A DNA stretch of 64,000 bases, from contig CBFHOE010000004.1 in the NCBI GenBank assembly GCA_965657355.1, positions 143,584 to 207,583 on the forward strand, given 5' to 3'. The translations under genes and the position numbers were made by a program. Position 1 is the first letter of the stretch. Each line of letters opens with the position of its first letter. Under the pieces are notes generated by a model. That model made no database searches, had not been told where the DNA came from, and was given only the letters and a program-made list of their open reading frames with translations. This DNA comes from Limisphaerales bacterium. GTDB taxonomy: Bacteria; Verrucomicrobiota; Verrucomicrobiia; Limisphaerales; JAJOIW01. Shown here piece by piece: positions 39,992 to 50,905 of this stretch.

Positions 39992-42688
39992 ATGACAAGT
40001 AAGGATATTAGAAAGTCGTTTCTAGAATTTTTCAAATCAAAGGATCACTCAATAGTAGAGTCTTCCAGCCTTATGCCAGATGCTCCGAATCTGCTTTTTA
40101 CCAACGCTGGCATGAATCAATTCGTTCCATATTTTTTGGGAGAACAAAAATGCCCATATGATCCCCCGCGGGCCGCTGATACTCAAAAATGTATTCGAGC
40201 TGGGGGTAAGCATAACGATTTGGAAGATGTGGGTATGGATACTTACCATCACACATTTTTTGAAATGCTGGGTAATTGGAGCTTTGGAAATTATTTTAAA
40301 AAAGAGGCTATTGATTGGGCGTGGGAGCTTCTCGTCAATGTTTGGAAATTCCCGGTAAACCGGCTCTATGCCACGGTTTACTCTCCGGATAAAAAAGCTG
40401 GTGACCCCAGCGAATTTGATCAAGAAGCTTATGATATTTGGGCTGAAAAATTTGTCTCGGTCGGGCTCGACCCAACAATCCACATTGTAAACGGAAATAA
40501 AAAAGACAATTTCTGGATGATGGGCGAAACGGGTCCATGTGGTCCATGCTCAGAAGTTCACGTTGATCTCACAGAGAGTGGAGATTCGCTTGGCAAACTT
40601 GTCAACATGGACAGTCCTGAATGCATTGAAATTTGGAACCTCGTCTTCATCCAATACAACGCTAATCCTGATGGAACATTTACTGACTTACCTGCTAAGC
40701 ATGTTGATACCGGCATGGGGTTTGAGCGGGTCGCAAGCCTCATTCAAAATACGGAACACTTTACAAAATTTGATGGCCTCATCTCTAATTACGAAACAGA
40801 TGTGTTTCGTCCTATTTTCGAAGCCTTGGAAAAATTAAGTGGTAAAAGATATACATCAACATTACCCGAACTAGGGCAAAAAGAATTTGCACCACAGGAA
40901 AAAGAAGATGTTGCTTTTAGGGTCATTGCAGATCATATCCGGACATTAAGTTTTTCGATCGCGGATGGAATTCTTCCAGGGAACACTGATAGAAATTATG
41001 TTTTGAGGAGAATATTGCGTCGAGCTGTCCGTTACGGGCGAACTTTAGGTTTCACGGAACCCTTCTTTTATAAATTGGTTCCCGTTTTGGTTGAGCACAT
41101 GGGAGAATTTTTCCCCGAACTCGCTAAACGACAGTCTGCTATTGCAGAAACCCTGCTTGAAGAGGAGAGATCATTTAACAAAACTCTTGATAGAGGAATA
41201 CAACTATTTCAAGAGAATACCAAAAATCTGTTATCCGGTGATCGGCTATCCGGAGAAATCGCATTCAAGCTATACGATACCTACGGGTTTCCTCTCGATC
41301 TCACTGAATTAATGTGCAGGGAAAATGGCTTCGGTATTGATATGGATCGTTTCGATGCCTTGATGGAGGAGCAAAAGCAAAGGGCGCGGGGCAGTCGATC
41401 CAATAAGGTTATAAGTGTCACTGATATTGATACATCAGTTCAGACCGAGTTCGTAGGATTCACTAATCACAAATGTGAAAGCATCGTAAAAGATGTTGTG
41501 GATGTGAATGGTGAAAAAGCAGTGATCTTTGAAAAGTCACCTTTCTACGCCGAGATGGGTGGTCAGTTGGGAGATACCGGCCGACTCATAGTAGAGAGCC
41601 AACAATTTGGTATTCGCAATACGACGAAAGTCGAGAATACCTTTCTTCACTTTATTGAAGGCAACCAAGAGCCAAATGTAGGAGATCTGGCCACATTGGT
41701 CGTCGATTCTGAAAGAAGGCGGTCGCTTGAGAGGCACCACACAGTGACTCACCTACTACATTGGGCTTTGCATGAAATCGTAGGTAGAGAGGTTTCTCAA
41801 AAAGGTTCTTATGTTGGACCCGACAAATTAACCTTCGACTTTAATTCCAAGCCGCTTACGGCTCAGCAGGTGGCTGATGTAGAAAAACTGGTTAACCAAC
41901 GCATCATGGAGAATGCTGAAGTCTCATGGTTTGAGACTCCTTATAGCCTGATTAAAGATAATCCTGAAATAATGCAAGCCTTTGGAGAGAAGTATGGAGA
42001 AACCGTAAGAGTTGTTCATATAGGAGGAGATGCCAAAAAGTTGAATGGCTTTTCCATAGAGCTTTGTGGCGGTACTCATACATCTCGGACTGGTGAAATC
42101 GGCCTCTTCAATATCATCAGTGAAGGTGCATCTTCCGCTGGTATCAGAAGAATAGAAGCTATCTCAGGTTGGCCTGCATTCGAAAATGTAATAGAAATCG
42201 AATCTAAATATCATAGCATTGCATCAACCCTTGGTTGCCCTGTTGCCGAGATTTCAAGAAAAGTTGAGGCCCTGATTGATTCCAAAAAACAATTGGAAAA
42301 ACAGCTCAAGTCCATGAGGCAATCTCAAGCTGCTGATCGTGCCAAAGACCTTTTGCAAGGTGTTGAAGATATTAATGGATTAAAAGTAATATCGTCTGTT
42401 GTCGATGGTGACGGTGATATTGGGCAAGCCATGACAGAAGCTATTAAATCTAGTTTTAAAGGAATTGTCTTATTAATTGCTAAAGATGAGGGGAAACTTT
42501 CATTGCACGCTTCGGTCAGTAAAGAGCTGACCCAAAAAGTAAAGGCAGGAGATATTATTAAAACCGTAGCTCCTGTAGTTGGTGGCAAAGGTGGTGGCAG
42601 ACCGGACAGCGCTCGTGGAGCTGGATCGAAACCACAAAATGCTCAATTAGCTATCACAGCACTTAAAGAATATATCCAGAAACTATAG
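39992..42688 (+). CDS. alaS: Alanine--tRNA ligase
   Basis: LLFTNAGM, HHTFFEMLGN, DTGMGFER, the HTVTH...ELCGGTH editing motif and GGKGGG. Confidence 0.98.
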   Translation: MTSKDIRKSFLEFFKSKDHSIVESSSLMPDAPNLLFTNAGMNQFVPYFLGEQKCPYDPPRAADTQKCIRAGGKHNDLEDVGMDTYHHTFFEMLGNWSFGNYFKKEAIDWAWELLVNVWKFPVNRLYATVYSPDKKAGDPSEFDQEAYDIWAEKFVSVGLDPTIHIVNGNKKDNFWMMGETGPCGPCSEVHVDLTESGDSLGKLVNMDSPECIEIWNLVFIQYNANPDGTFTDLPAKHVDTGMGFERVASLIQNTEHFTKFDGLISNYETDVFRPIFEALEKLSGKRYTSTLPELGQKEFAPQEKEDVAFRVIADHIRTLSFSIADGILPGNTDRNYVLRRILRRAVRYGRTLGFTEPFFYKLVPVLVEHMGEFFPELAKRQSAIAETLLEEERSFNKTLDRGIQLFQENTKNLLSGDRLSGEIAFKLYDTYGFPLDLTELMCRENGFGIDMDRFDALMEEQKQRARGSRSNKVISVTDIDTSVQTEFVGFTNHKCESIVKDVVDVNGEKAVIFEKSPFYAEMGGQLGDTGRLIVESQQFGIRNTTKVENTFLHFIEGNQEPNVGDLATLVVDSERRRSLERHHTVTHLLHWALHEIVGREVSQKGSYVGPDKLTFDFNSKPLTAQQVADVEKLVNQRIMENAEVSWFETPYSLIKDNPEIMQAFGEKYGETVRVVHIGGDAKKLNGFSIELCGGTHTSRTGEIGLFNIISEGASSAGIRRIEAISGWPAFENVIEIESKYHSIASTLGCPVAEISRKVEALIDSKKQLEKQLKSMRQSQAADRAKDLLQGVEDINGLKVISSVVDGDGDIGQAMTEAIKSSFKGIVLLIAKDEGKLSLHASVSKELTQKVKAGDIIKTVAPVVGGKGGGRPDSARGAGSKPQNAQLAITALKEYIQKL

Positions 42689-42716
42689 GAATTCCTTTTT
42701 TCTTTATATACATAAC

Positions 42717-42752
42717 AAAAAAGAGTGGGTAACTATGTCGCCCACTCTTTTT
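42717..42752. terminator. Bidirectional rho-independent terminator
   Basis: aaaaaagagtgggt-aactatgtc-gcccactcttttt between convergent alaS and phoD-like genes. Confidence 0.8.
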
Positions 42753-42770
42753 CTTGATATTCGCTACTAA

Positions 42771-44675
42771 TTAAAAATCAACGACCAAAGTGCCAGCTTT
42801 TCGCTTGGAATTCGATGCTTTAATTTCTTTCCAGCTCGCTTTGTTCGGTTGGTCATGACCAACTGAAATATTATATGTCCCTTCTTTAAAAACATGAGGA
42901 TGAAAAGATTTTCCGCTTACCCTGACGGTATATAAAACTTCACCACTTTTTTGATCAGTAACTTGGACCACTGGGTTTGATGTATTTTTAAATTTTAACT
43001 CTGGCAAATAATGAGTCGGTTGTCTGCCATCGTTGTCTTTCATGGCAATAGTTATTGGCCAGCCTTTGAATTGCTCCTTATCTCCTTTTTTGGCGTTGCT
43101 GAAACGAGGCCATGCTTCGAAAGTGATAGTTTTGCTATACTTGTTAAACCTAGCTATGCCATACCCGTCAGCTCTTTTGAGTTCATTAGATCTGTCTTCA
43201 GGATTTGCATAAGCCATCATATGTATTTTATTCCCTAATCCATCTTCGTAATCCCCAGTCCAAGGAAGAGGACTGTTATTGACTGGATTAGGACCCGCTT
43301 TTTCATCCTCTGGATGCCACCAGCGTCCATAAATAGTATTAACAATTGCAGGAGATGTGAATGCGTAAGGGCCATCTTGATGATTCTGTATTCCGTGTTT
43401 GACAACAACGGATAGATGTTGGTCCCCGCAGAGGTGGGGAGCCCAAGACCTTCTGATTGCTTCTAATGCTTTATTCCGCCCTGTTTGAGGCCATCCGTTT
43501 GAATCAAGGTCGGCCAGTAATCTATTTTTTGGATTTCCATGTAAGTGAACAGCACCACAAAAGGCTGTTTGTGAGAGGACTGCTTTCATTTTTGCCCCGG
43601 TCCAATCTTGGTTCCAAGTATTTAGGAAATGAAGTTGCCTATCTCCCAATAATTTGAGATTTGGCAGGTCAATAGCCGACCTATCATAAGAGGGATCATT
43701 AATATGATCTGGCCTTGGCCCCATTTTAGGAATTTTGCCCTTAGGGCCAGATTTAAATTTACGATCTTCTAAAATCGCAAAATCAACTCCGCCGACCCTC
43801 AGTCTTGTATAATAAACGGAAATATCTCTTTCAACAGGAGAAGGGTCGAATGGGTCTGGAAGATGCCAGGTCTGGCACCTCTGAACCATATTGACATATT
43901 TGACTGGATAATAAAATCCTCCATCTGATCCAGCTGGAGAGCTTGCTTTTTTTCCATTTTCACCCCAAATGTTGCCTTGGCCTACGTCGTGGTCATCTGG
44001 AATCGAAATAGTGGGCCTGTCTTTTATTAAATCTCTAAATTGCATACCAAATTCAAGCCATCCGGCCGTATGCTGTGTGTGGTGATATGTCTGGTCTCCA
44101 GCAAAAAAAAGTAAATCCGGATCTTGATGAAGAAGGTTTTCAATTATTCGGGGTCTTGGCCCTCCTGTTCTACCGCTGTTACAGGATAAATTTGCGACGA
44201 CGATAACTTTTTTATTTATGGGGTCTTTTCTGATTAACCCTCCAAATTCAGCTTTCGTTCCATGCCGAACGCGGTATTTTACGTCCTTTGTATTATCCCA
44301 GTTCTCTGCTCTAAAATGTGAACTCCAACCGAGTTCTAAAATGGGCTGTGATTGAACTCTCGTCCATTCTCCATCAATAAAAAACTCAAGATGAGAAATT
44401 CTCTCCTCTCCTGGTTTCAGGGGAAAGAATTGAGCAGATATTTTAAGAGTTCCTCTGTCGTGGGTATATAGAGTAAATCCAACAACTTGATCTCTTGGAA
44501 TATTGAGATTCAAATATTTTTTCTTGAATTTTCTATTCCACCAGCCATCTGTAGCGGCATTGTCCAAGTTCGGGAAATCGGGGCCAAACGGTTTACCATC
44601 ATTACCTTGGCACACCAATGCCAGGGCAGATAGAATAATAAGCATCCCTAAGGACCGCATAAATTTATAATACAT
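42771..44675 (-). CDS. PhoD-like metallophosphoesterase, exported
   Basis: GDQTY, PDDHDVG and GDQH metal motifs, with an N-terminal signal peptide. Confidence 0.75.
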   Translation of the reverse strand: MYYKFMRSLGMLIILSALALVCQGNDGKPFGPDFPNLDNAATDGWWNRKFKKKYLNLNIPRDQVVGFTLYTHDRGTLKISAQFFPLKPGEERISHLEFFIDGEWTRVQSQPILELGWSSHFRAENWDNTKDVKYRVRHGTKAEFGGLIRKDPINKKVIVVANLSCNSGRTGGPRPRIIENLLHQDPDLLFFAGDQTYHHTQHTAGWLEFGMQFRDLIKDRPTISIPDDHDVGQGNIWGENGKKASSPAGSDGGFYYPVKYVNMVQRCQTWHLPDPFDPSPVERDISVYYTRLRVGGVDFAILEDRKFKSGPKGKIPKMGPRPDHINDPSYDRSAIDLPNLKLLGDRQLHFLNTWNQDWTGAKMKAVLSQTAFCGAVHLHGNPKNRLLADLDSNGWPQTGRNKALEAIRRSWAPHLCGDQHLSVVVKHGIQNHQDGPYAFTSPAIVNTIYGRWWHPEDEKAGPNPVNNSPLPWTGDYEDGLGNKIHMMAYANPEDRSNELKRADGYGIARFNKYSKTITFEAWPRFSNAKKGDKEQFKGWPITIAMKDNDGRQPTHYLPELKFKNTSNPVVQVTDQKSGEVLYTVRVSGKSFHPHVFKEGTYNISVGHDQPNKASWKEIKASNSKRKAGTLVVDF

Positions 44676-44758
44676 AATGATAATTATATTTTTGATGTTG
44701 AACCAATCAATAAGATTTACTCACCTATCTCATTGGAAAATGATTTTAAAGCTATGGA

Positions 44759-46198
44759 TTACTGGATCCGCTCTGTTAAATACGAAGGCGGCATAATCAT
44801 ATTTTTTTGATGCTCGGTTATCGCCTTTTGGATTGCTTGAAATCCGGGGTGGCCTTGTGATTTTAATTCATGCTTTTCCGATGGATCGATGTCGAGATTG
44901 AAAAGCAGAGGTGGATCCTGCGAAATGTGCTTCTGCCCTCTGTAGGCGGTGTGTGTTTTAAAATGAGCTTTGTATGAGCCAACCCTAGCAGCATACAACT
45001 CGTCGCCATGGTAAAAAAACATTTCATTTCTTGGGCTTGCGGATTCACCTCTCAGCGTAGGCGCTAAATTATAACCATCGAAAATTCTGTCTCCGGGAAC
45101 TTGAATCTTTGCCAATGAAAGAATCGTTGGAAATAGATCCAATGTCGAACCGATTCCTTGCACTATCCCTGGTTTTACTATCCCTGGTCCCCAGAAAATT
45201 GTGGGTTCTCTCATCCCGCCTTCCCAGCAACTTCCTTTTCCGTCGCGAAGTAAGCCTGCTGATCCTCCCTGTTCATTAAAAGTAAGCCAAGGTCCATTGT
45301 CGGAGGTGAAAACGACTAATGTATTTTTATCTAGTGCATTGGCTTTTAATGCCTCTATGACTTTTCCTACAGACCAGTCGATTTCTTCAATGACATCCCC
45401 GTATAGACCTCGTCGTGATTTGCCCGAGAATGCCTCTGATGTAAACAATGGAACATGCGGAAGATTGTGTGCTAAGTAAATAAAAAATGGTTTTGATTTA
45501 TTCTTATTTATGAAAAAAACAGCTTCTTCTGTGAACCTTTTTGTGATTGTAGTTTGATCTGCAGGTCGCTCAATAATTTTTTCGTCTCTCATCAAGGGGA
45601 CATTCCAATATTCAGTTCGGGGCTTAAGGAACGCCTGGCGTCTTTTTGGAGCAGTTGCTAATCGATCCATGTCGTTCGAATATGGGATGCCGTAGTAAGT
45701 ATCAAATCCATGACTTGTAGGTAAAAACTCAGGTAGGTGCCCTAAATGCCATTTACCTATAGCAGCTGTGGCATAATTTTTCTTTTTGAGTGCTTTCGCA
45801 ATGGTGATTTCTGATTGTGGTAGGCCTCCGGCTGAATCTGGAAATAGAACCCATCTTTTCGTAGATGCCATTCCGGTTCTAGCTGGAAATCTGCCAGTAA
45901 GTAAACCGGCCCTGCTTGGAGTACACACATTTGCGGCTGCGTAAAAACTTGTCCATTTCTGACCCTCCGCGGCCAGTTTGTCTAGGTTAGGAGTCTTAAT
46001 GGTCGGGTGTCCGAAGCAGGCGAGGTCACCATAGCCTAGGTCATCAGTAAAAATGACAACGATATTAGGAGGCGATGGATTTTTTTCATGATGATCGGCA
46101 AAAGTTGGCAAACAAAAAATGAAAAGAAGACATAAAAAAGCCGCTACTTTACCAATTGACATCATGATATTTTTTTTAGTGCCTGAAAATGTGGTCAT
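44759..46198 (-). CDS. Sulfatase (Cys-type formylglycine-dependent arylsulfatase)
   Basis: DDLGYGD, CTPSRAGLLTGR, GKWHLG and SDNG. Confidence 0.95.
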   Translation of the reverse strand: MTTFSGTKKNIMMSIGKVAAFLCLLFIFCLPTFADHHEKNPSPPNIVVIFTDDLGYGDLACFGHPTIKTPNLDKLAAEGQKWTSFYAAANVCTPSRAGLLTGRFPARTGMASTKRWVLFPDSAGGLPQSEITIAKALKKKNYATAAIGKWHLGHLPEFLPTSHGFDTYYGIPYSNDMDRLATAPKRRQAFLKPRTEYWNVPLMRDEKIIERPADQTTITKRFTEEAVFFINKNKSKPFFIYLAHNLPHVPLFTSEAFSGKSRRGLYGDVIEEIDWSVGKVIEALKANALDKNTLVVFTSDNGPWLTFNEQGGSAGLLRDGKGSCWEGGMREPTIFWGPGIVKPGIVQGIGSTLDLFPTILSLAKIQVPGDRIFDGYNLAPTLRGESASPRNEMFFYHGDELYAARVGSYKAHFKTHTAYRGQKHISQDPPLLFNLDIDPSEKHELKSQGHPGFQAIQKAITEHQKNMIMPPSYLTERIQ

Positions 46199-46324
46199 GC
46201 CATAGGACCATATATAGTTTTACAGTTTTGTCAGTCCAATTTAATCATTCCGCTGGATTGAAAAATTTCGTGTAGATCCCACTTACTTCTTGCAATTCAT
46301 GCAGGACCGGTTTTAGAAAGCATA

Positions 46325-47200
46325 ATGAGTCCCACTCAAGCAATTCCAGTTCAAATCGCTGATGCATCGACTGGAAAACTTTCTCCGTGCCAAGATTTAG
46401 TGGTAACTGAAGACCCTTTGACAATTGAAGTTGAATATGGTCCAGAGTTTGAAAGAAGACGCGAGATTTTTGCGACTACTATGAGAACGCCTGGAAATGA
46501 CTTGGAACTTGCTATCGGTCTTTTATTCAGTGAAGGAGTTATAAGTGGACCTAAAGATGTTTTTTTCGCTAAAGAAATGTGCCCCGGTTGCGACGAAGAT
46601 AGGGGAATAAGTCGAGTATTAATCGCATTGCCGCCAGGAAAGGTCTTCAACCCACAGGATCATCAAAGAAATTTATTAATTTCAAGTAGTTGTGGAATAT
46701 GCGGAAAAATTGATCTTTCCAAAATTCAAAAGCTAAAGGACCAAAAAACACCTAATAGACATCCGAAAGCTATCTGTAATACCGAACATGAAAGTCATTA
46801 CCTGGCCCAACTCTCCCAAAGCGTGAGAGAAAAACAAATTTTATTCAAGCATACGGGGTCGGTCCATGCTGCAGCATTATTTGATCCCCATGGAAATATT
46901 CTTAGCGTGCGGGAGGATGTGGGTCGACACAATGCTATGGACAAATTAATTGGGGGTCTCGTCTATCAACCCAACTTACTCTCCCAAGTATCAGGTGTTT
47001 TCTTCAGTGGGCGTACGAGCTATGAACTGATACAAAAATCCATTATTGCTGGTATTTCATTGGTCGTATCCGTTGGTGCTCCATCGAGCCTCGCCATTAG
47101 TCTCGCTGAAGCAGGGGGGATAACCTTGGCTGGATTTTTAAAACCAAATCGATACAATATTTACACCCATTCAGAAAGAATTAAGCAACCAGCCCCATGA
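46325..47200 (+). CDS. fdhD: Formate dehydrogenase accessory sulfurtransferase FdhD
   Basis: MRTPG.D, SSCGICGK, TGSVHAAA, EDVGRHNAMDK and SGR. Confidence 0.93.
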   Translation: MSPTQAIPVQIADASTGKLSPCQDLVVTEDPLTIEVEYGPEFERRREIFATTMRTPGNDLELAIGLLFSEGVISGPKDVFFAKEMCPGCDEDRGISRVLIALPPGKVFNPQDHQRNLLISSSCGICGKIDLSKIQKLKDQKTPNRHPKAICNTEHESHYLAQLSQSVREKQILFKHTGSVHAAALFDPHGNILSVREDVGRHNAMDKLIGGLVYQPNLLSQVSGVFFSGRTSYELIQKSIIAGISLVVSVGAPSSLAISLAEAGGITLAGFLKPNRYNIYTHSERIKQPAP

Positions 47201-47204
47201 ACCA

Positions 47205-49526
47205 ATGAGTATGAATAAAAATGATCCACAATTATCAGAAGCTCGTGCTCAAGGACCTGATGAGTTTTTGGACCTCAAACTAGGTAATCCCTCAAAGACG
47301 GCAGCTGGGGCCAAAGCCGTAGGAGTGGCATTAAACCATGTTATGTCCGAGATGAACCCCGTTCGAGGACTAAAAGCATTGAATTCTCTCAATAAAATCG
47401 GGGGGATCGACTGTCCAGGGTGCGCCTGGCCAGATCCTGATGATGAGAGATCCTTGCTCGGTGAATATTGTGAAAATGGAGCAAAAGCGATTGCTGAGGA
47501 GGCCACTGAAAAAAGTATAGGAAGAGAATTTTTTGGTTTAAATGATGTCCATTCACTTTCCCGCCTTACAGATCATGAAATTGGTAAACTAGGTAGAATT
47601 TCTGAACCCCTTATTCTTAAAAGGGGAGTGCCATACTACCACCCCATCTCTTGGAAAGATGCTTTTATTTATATAGCTGATTTTCTTCGCAATCAAACAA
47701 CTCCTAAAAAATCAGTATTTTACACTTCGGGAAGAACAAGTAATGAAGCCGCTTTCCTTTATCAACTATTTGTAAGGCAGTTCGGAACAAATAATTTGCC
47801 AGATTGTTCAAATATGTGTCATGAATCAAGTGGAGTCGCGCTAAAGCAAACACTTGGACTTGGCAAAGGGTCAGTAACTTTGGAAGATTTTAATAATGCA
47901 AAAATTATTTTTATCGTAGGCCAAAATCCAGGGACGAATCATCCAAGGATGCTTACGGCCCTGCAGAAAGCGAAAAGGAATGGTGCTAAAATCGTTTCTA
48001 TCAACCCACTTCCTGAGGCTGGCCTGATGGGCTTTAGCAACCCGCAAGACCCTCGGCAATTTATCGGAGGTGCCACACGGTTATCTGATCTTCATATTCC
48101 TTTGCGAATAAACACCGATGTGGCCCTCTTGAAAGCAATTCTTCTAAAACTCATAGAAAAAGACGACGAAAACCCTAATACAGTTATTGATAAATCTTTT
48201 GTAGAATCAAAAACAGAGGGGTTTGACGAATTTGCCGGACACATAAGAAAACAAAAATTTAGTTCACTTGTCAAAGAGTGCGGCGTTGATGAAGCCTTGG
48301 TTCTTCAACTTGTTGATTGGCTGTCGGAAACAAGTCAATTTATCACCTGTTGGGCTATGGGGCTAACTCAGCACAAAAATGCAGTCGATAATATTCGTGA
48401 AATAGTCAATTTACACCTGCTCAAGGGCGCTATAGGAATTCCAGGAGCAGGAACATGTCCTGTTAGGGGGCATAGCAATGTTCAGGGAGATCGCACAATG
48501 GGCATTTGGGAAAAACCAACTATGGCTTTTCTTGATAAGCTCGAGTCTGTATTCGACTTTAAGCCGCCTAAAAGAGCCGGCTTTAACACTGTTCAGGCTA
48601 TCGAGGCTATGAAAAATGATAATGTGGACTTTTTTATGGCGATGGGAGGGAATTTTTTGTCCGCATCGCCAGATACGGAGTTCACAGCAGAGGGGTTGAG
48701 GAAATGCAAGCTCTCCGTCCACGTTTCTACAAAACTCAATCGTACGCATTTGATACATGGAGAGACTTCAATAATACTTCCGTGCCTTGCAAGATCAGAT
48801 CAGGACCTCTCCGGTAATAGGAAGAATTTTGTTACAGTTGAGAATTCCATGGGGATAGTGCACAAAAGCCAAGGAAATCTAAAACCTATCTCCAATTCAC
48901 TAATCAGTGAACCAAACATTGTTACTTATCTCGCTCTACAATTATTCGGTGAAAAGTCTCCAGTGAAATGGCATGCTGTTTTAAACAATTACCCACAAAT
49001 TCGAAACTGGATCGAAAAGACGATTCCTGGCTTCGAAAATTACAACCATAGAATAGACAAACAACCCGCCGGATTTTATTTACCCAATGGGCCGAGAAAA
49101 AGACATTTCACAACACCTTCCAAAAAAGCTCAATTTACGATAAATAAGAAGTCAAAATTTTTAATACCGGATGGACATTTCCTCATGATGACAATGAGAA
49201 GCCACGATCAATTCAACACCACTATTTATGGCCTAAATGATCGATACCGGGGAATCTACAACGAGAGAAGAGTTGTCTTTATTAATGCGAATGATTTGGA
49301 AAAAAATGGTTGGGTATCCGAGCAGGTAGTCAATTTATCCTCATATTCAAATGACAGGGAGCGAGTGGTAACAAACTTCAAATTAATCCCATATCCCATT
49401 CCAGAGGGGTGTGTCGCTACTTATTTTCCAGAATGTAACCCATTGGTCCCACTAGAATCATTCGCACGTTCAAGCCATACCCCGACTTCAAAAAGTGTGG
49501 TCATAAAAATTCACCCTGCAAATTAA
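47205..49526 (+). CDS. FdhF/YdeP family molybdopterin oxidoreductase
   Basis: DCPGCAWPD, CENGAKA, YTSGRTSNEAAF, NNLPDCSNMCHE, RGHSNVQG and RSHDQFNTTIY. Confidence 0.93.
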   Translation: MSMNKNDPQLSEARAQGPDEFLDLKLGNPSKTAAGAKAVGVALNHVMSEMNPVRGLKALNSLNKIGGIDCPGCAWPDPDDERSLLGEYCENGAKAIAEEATEKSIGREFFGLNDVHSLSRLTDHEIGKLGRISEPLILKRGVPYYHPISWKDAFIYIADFLRNQTTPKKSVFYTSGRTSNEAAFLYQLFVRQFGTNNLPDCSNMCHESSGVALKQTLGLGKGSVTLEDFNNAKIIFIVGQNPGTNHPRMLTALQKAKRNGAKIVSINPLPEAGLMGFSNPQDPRQFIGGATRLSDLHIPLRINTDVALLKAILLKLIEKDDENPNTVIDKSFVESKTEGFDEFAGHIRKQKFSSLVKECGVDEALVLQLVDWLSETSQFITCWAMGLTQHKNAVDNIREIVNLHLLKGAIGIPGAGTCPVRGHSNVQGDRTMGIWEKPTMAFLDKLESVFDFKPPKRAGFNTVQAIEAMKNDNVDFFMAMGGNFLSASPDTEFTAEGLRKCKLSVHVSTKLNRTHLIHGETSIILPCLARSDQDLSGNRKNFVTVENSMGIVHKSQGNLKPISNSLISEPNIVTYLALQLFGEKSPVKWHAVLNNYPQIRNWIEKTIPGFENYNHRIDKQPAGFYLPNGPRKRHFTTPSKKAQFTINKKSKFLIPDGHFLMMTMRSHDQFNTTIYGLNDRYRGIYNERRVVFINANDLEKNGWVSEQVVNLSSYSNDRERVVTNFKLIPYPIPEGCVATYFPECNPLVPLESFARSSHTPTSKSVVIKIHPAN

Positions 49527-49530
49527 TTGT

Positions 49531-49998
49531 TTAGTCGTTCAAATTTACCTTTATGACGACTTTTTTGATCTTTGTTGGAATGTCTGATGGAGCAATTTGA
49601 GGAGAGTGAATCTCTCCCGGAAAAAACAGAGCAAAAAATCCCGAATGCATCCGGAACGATTGATGCGGGATGGTATCATTTTTATAAAAGGTAACATCGC
49701 GATTTTTATCGTATTCAGCAATAGGTTTAGCTTCATTTTGCTTGTATAATTGAAGAATTTCTTCTCCAACTAAAACAGCGTGAATATCAGCAAATGTTTT
49801 GTGTGCCTCCACCACTTTATTATCTGATGTGCTTTTTATGGTGTGGCAATCCATGACTCTGGCAAAACATCGTTCCCCTTCAATCGGGTATTCTCCAATT
49901 TCTGTATCAGCTGAAAGTGACCCTAAATAATCGAAAGCTTTTTCAAATTTAGGATAGCGGCTGTGTAACTCATTTTCTCCTATCGAATCAAATATCAT
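49531..49998 (-). CDS. YhcH/YjgK/YiaL (NanQ/TabA) family protein
   Basis: MIFDSI, EAH..FADIH, FFPGEIH.P and KKVVIKV. Confidence 0.85.
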   Translation of the reverse strand: MIFDSIGENELHSRYPKFEKAFDYLGSLSADTEIGEYPIEGERCFARVMDCHTIKSTSDNKVVEAHKTFADIHAVLVGEEILQLYKQNEAKPIAEYDKNRDVTFYKNDTIPHQSFRMHSGFFALFFPGEIHSPQIAPSDIPTKIKKVVIKVNLND

Positions 49999-50116
49999 AA
50001 TTGTTTTTGTTTATACCGGTGGATGTTTAAGGTTGTCTGCTATTAGGTCAGAATCTTTCATCGGTATTTGACTTTATGAAATATAGATGCAACATCTTGG
50101 TTTAATTCTCAACCAT

Positions 50117-50770
50117 ATGTTCAAACAAAATTTTATAAATATTGCACAATCGTTTATTCCAGCATCATGCGTTATAGCCATTACTCTTTTTGTCGTGGCC
50201 TGTGGAGATCCTGCTGATAAAACGCAGGATGCATTAGTTAATGAACCAAAAGGCGACATGCCAATAGCCGTTCCTGAAGGAGGAGTGACATACGTCCTGA
50301 CTGATGCTTCGGAAATTAAGTTTTTAGGCTCTAAAATTATTTCCGGGTCTCATGAAGGGGGATTTAAAAATATTACCGGAAAAATTAAGGTTGTTGATGG
50401 AAAAATTTATCCAGATGGTGCGATCACTATTGATATGAATTCAATTTGGTCTGACAATAAAAAACTAACAGGTCACCTTAAGAACAAGGATTTCTTTGAA
50501 GTTGAAACCTACCCCACGTCATCTTTCCTTATTACAGATGTTTCGAAATCTGCGGAGGAATACTCCGTAACGGGAGATTTGACTATGCACGGAATAACCA
50601 AATCAATCACATTTAATTCCAGTATAGAGATTTCAGAGGAGAATGTATCCATTGCCGCTGAGTTCGATATTAATCGAAATGATTGGGGCGTGGACTTCAA
50701 AGGAGCTGCTGATAATATGATAAACGATAAGGTCATTCTCAACTTGTCATTACTCGCCTCGTTGGAGTGA
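50117..50770 (+). CDS. YceI family lipoprotein
   Basis: Lipobox VVAC, HLKNKDFFEVETYP and GDLTMHGITK. Start uncertain (50087 or 50117). Confidence 0.85.
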   Translation: MFKQNFINIAQSFIPASCVIAITLFVVACGDPADKTQDALVNEPKGDMPIAVPEGGVTYVLTDASEIKFLGSKIISGSHEGGFKNITGKIKVVDGKIYPDGAITIDMNSIWSDNKKLTGHLKNKDFFEVETYPTSSFLITDVSKSAEEYSVTGDLTMHGITKSITFNSSIEISEENVSIAAEFDINRNDWGVDFKGAADNMINDKVILNLSLLASLE

Positions 50771-50792
50771 GCTTGACTTTAAGTGCACGCAA

Positions 50793-50825
50793 AATTTTCT
50801 CAGACCTCTATCTGGGGATTTTTTT
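50793..50825 (+). terminator. Possible terminator after the yceI-like gene
   Basis: ttctcaga-cctcta-tctgggga (with G:U pairs) followed by ttttttt. Confidence 0.45.
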
Positions 50826-50905
50826 ATTCACATGAATGAATCAATTTCATTCAAACTTTTCTGGAATTCCTATTTCATTTGCTCTACATTTTTCACTTCC
50901 AAATT

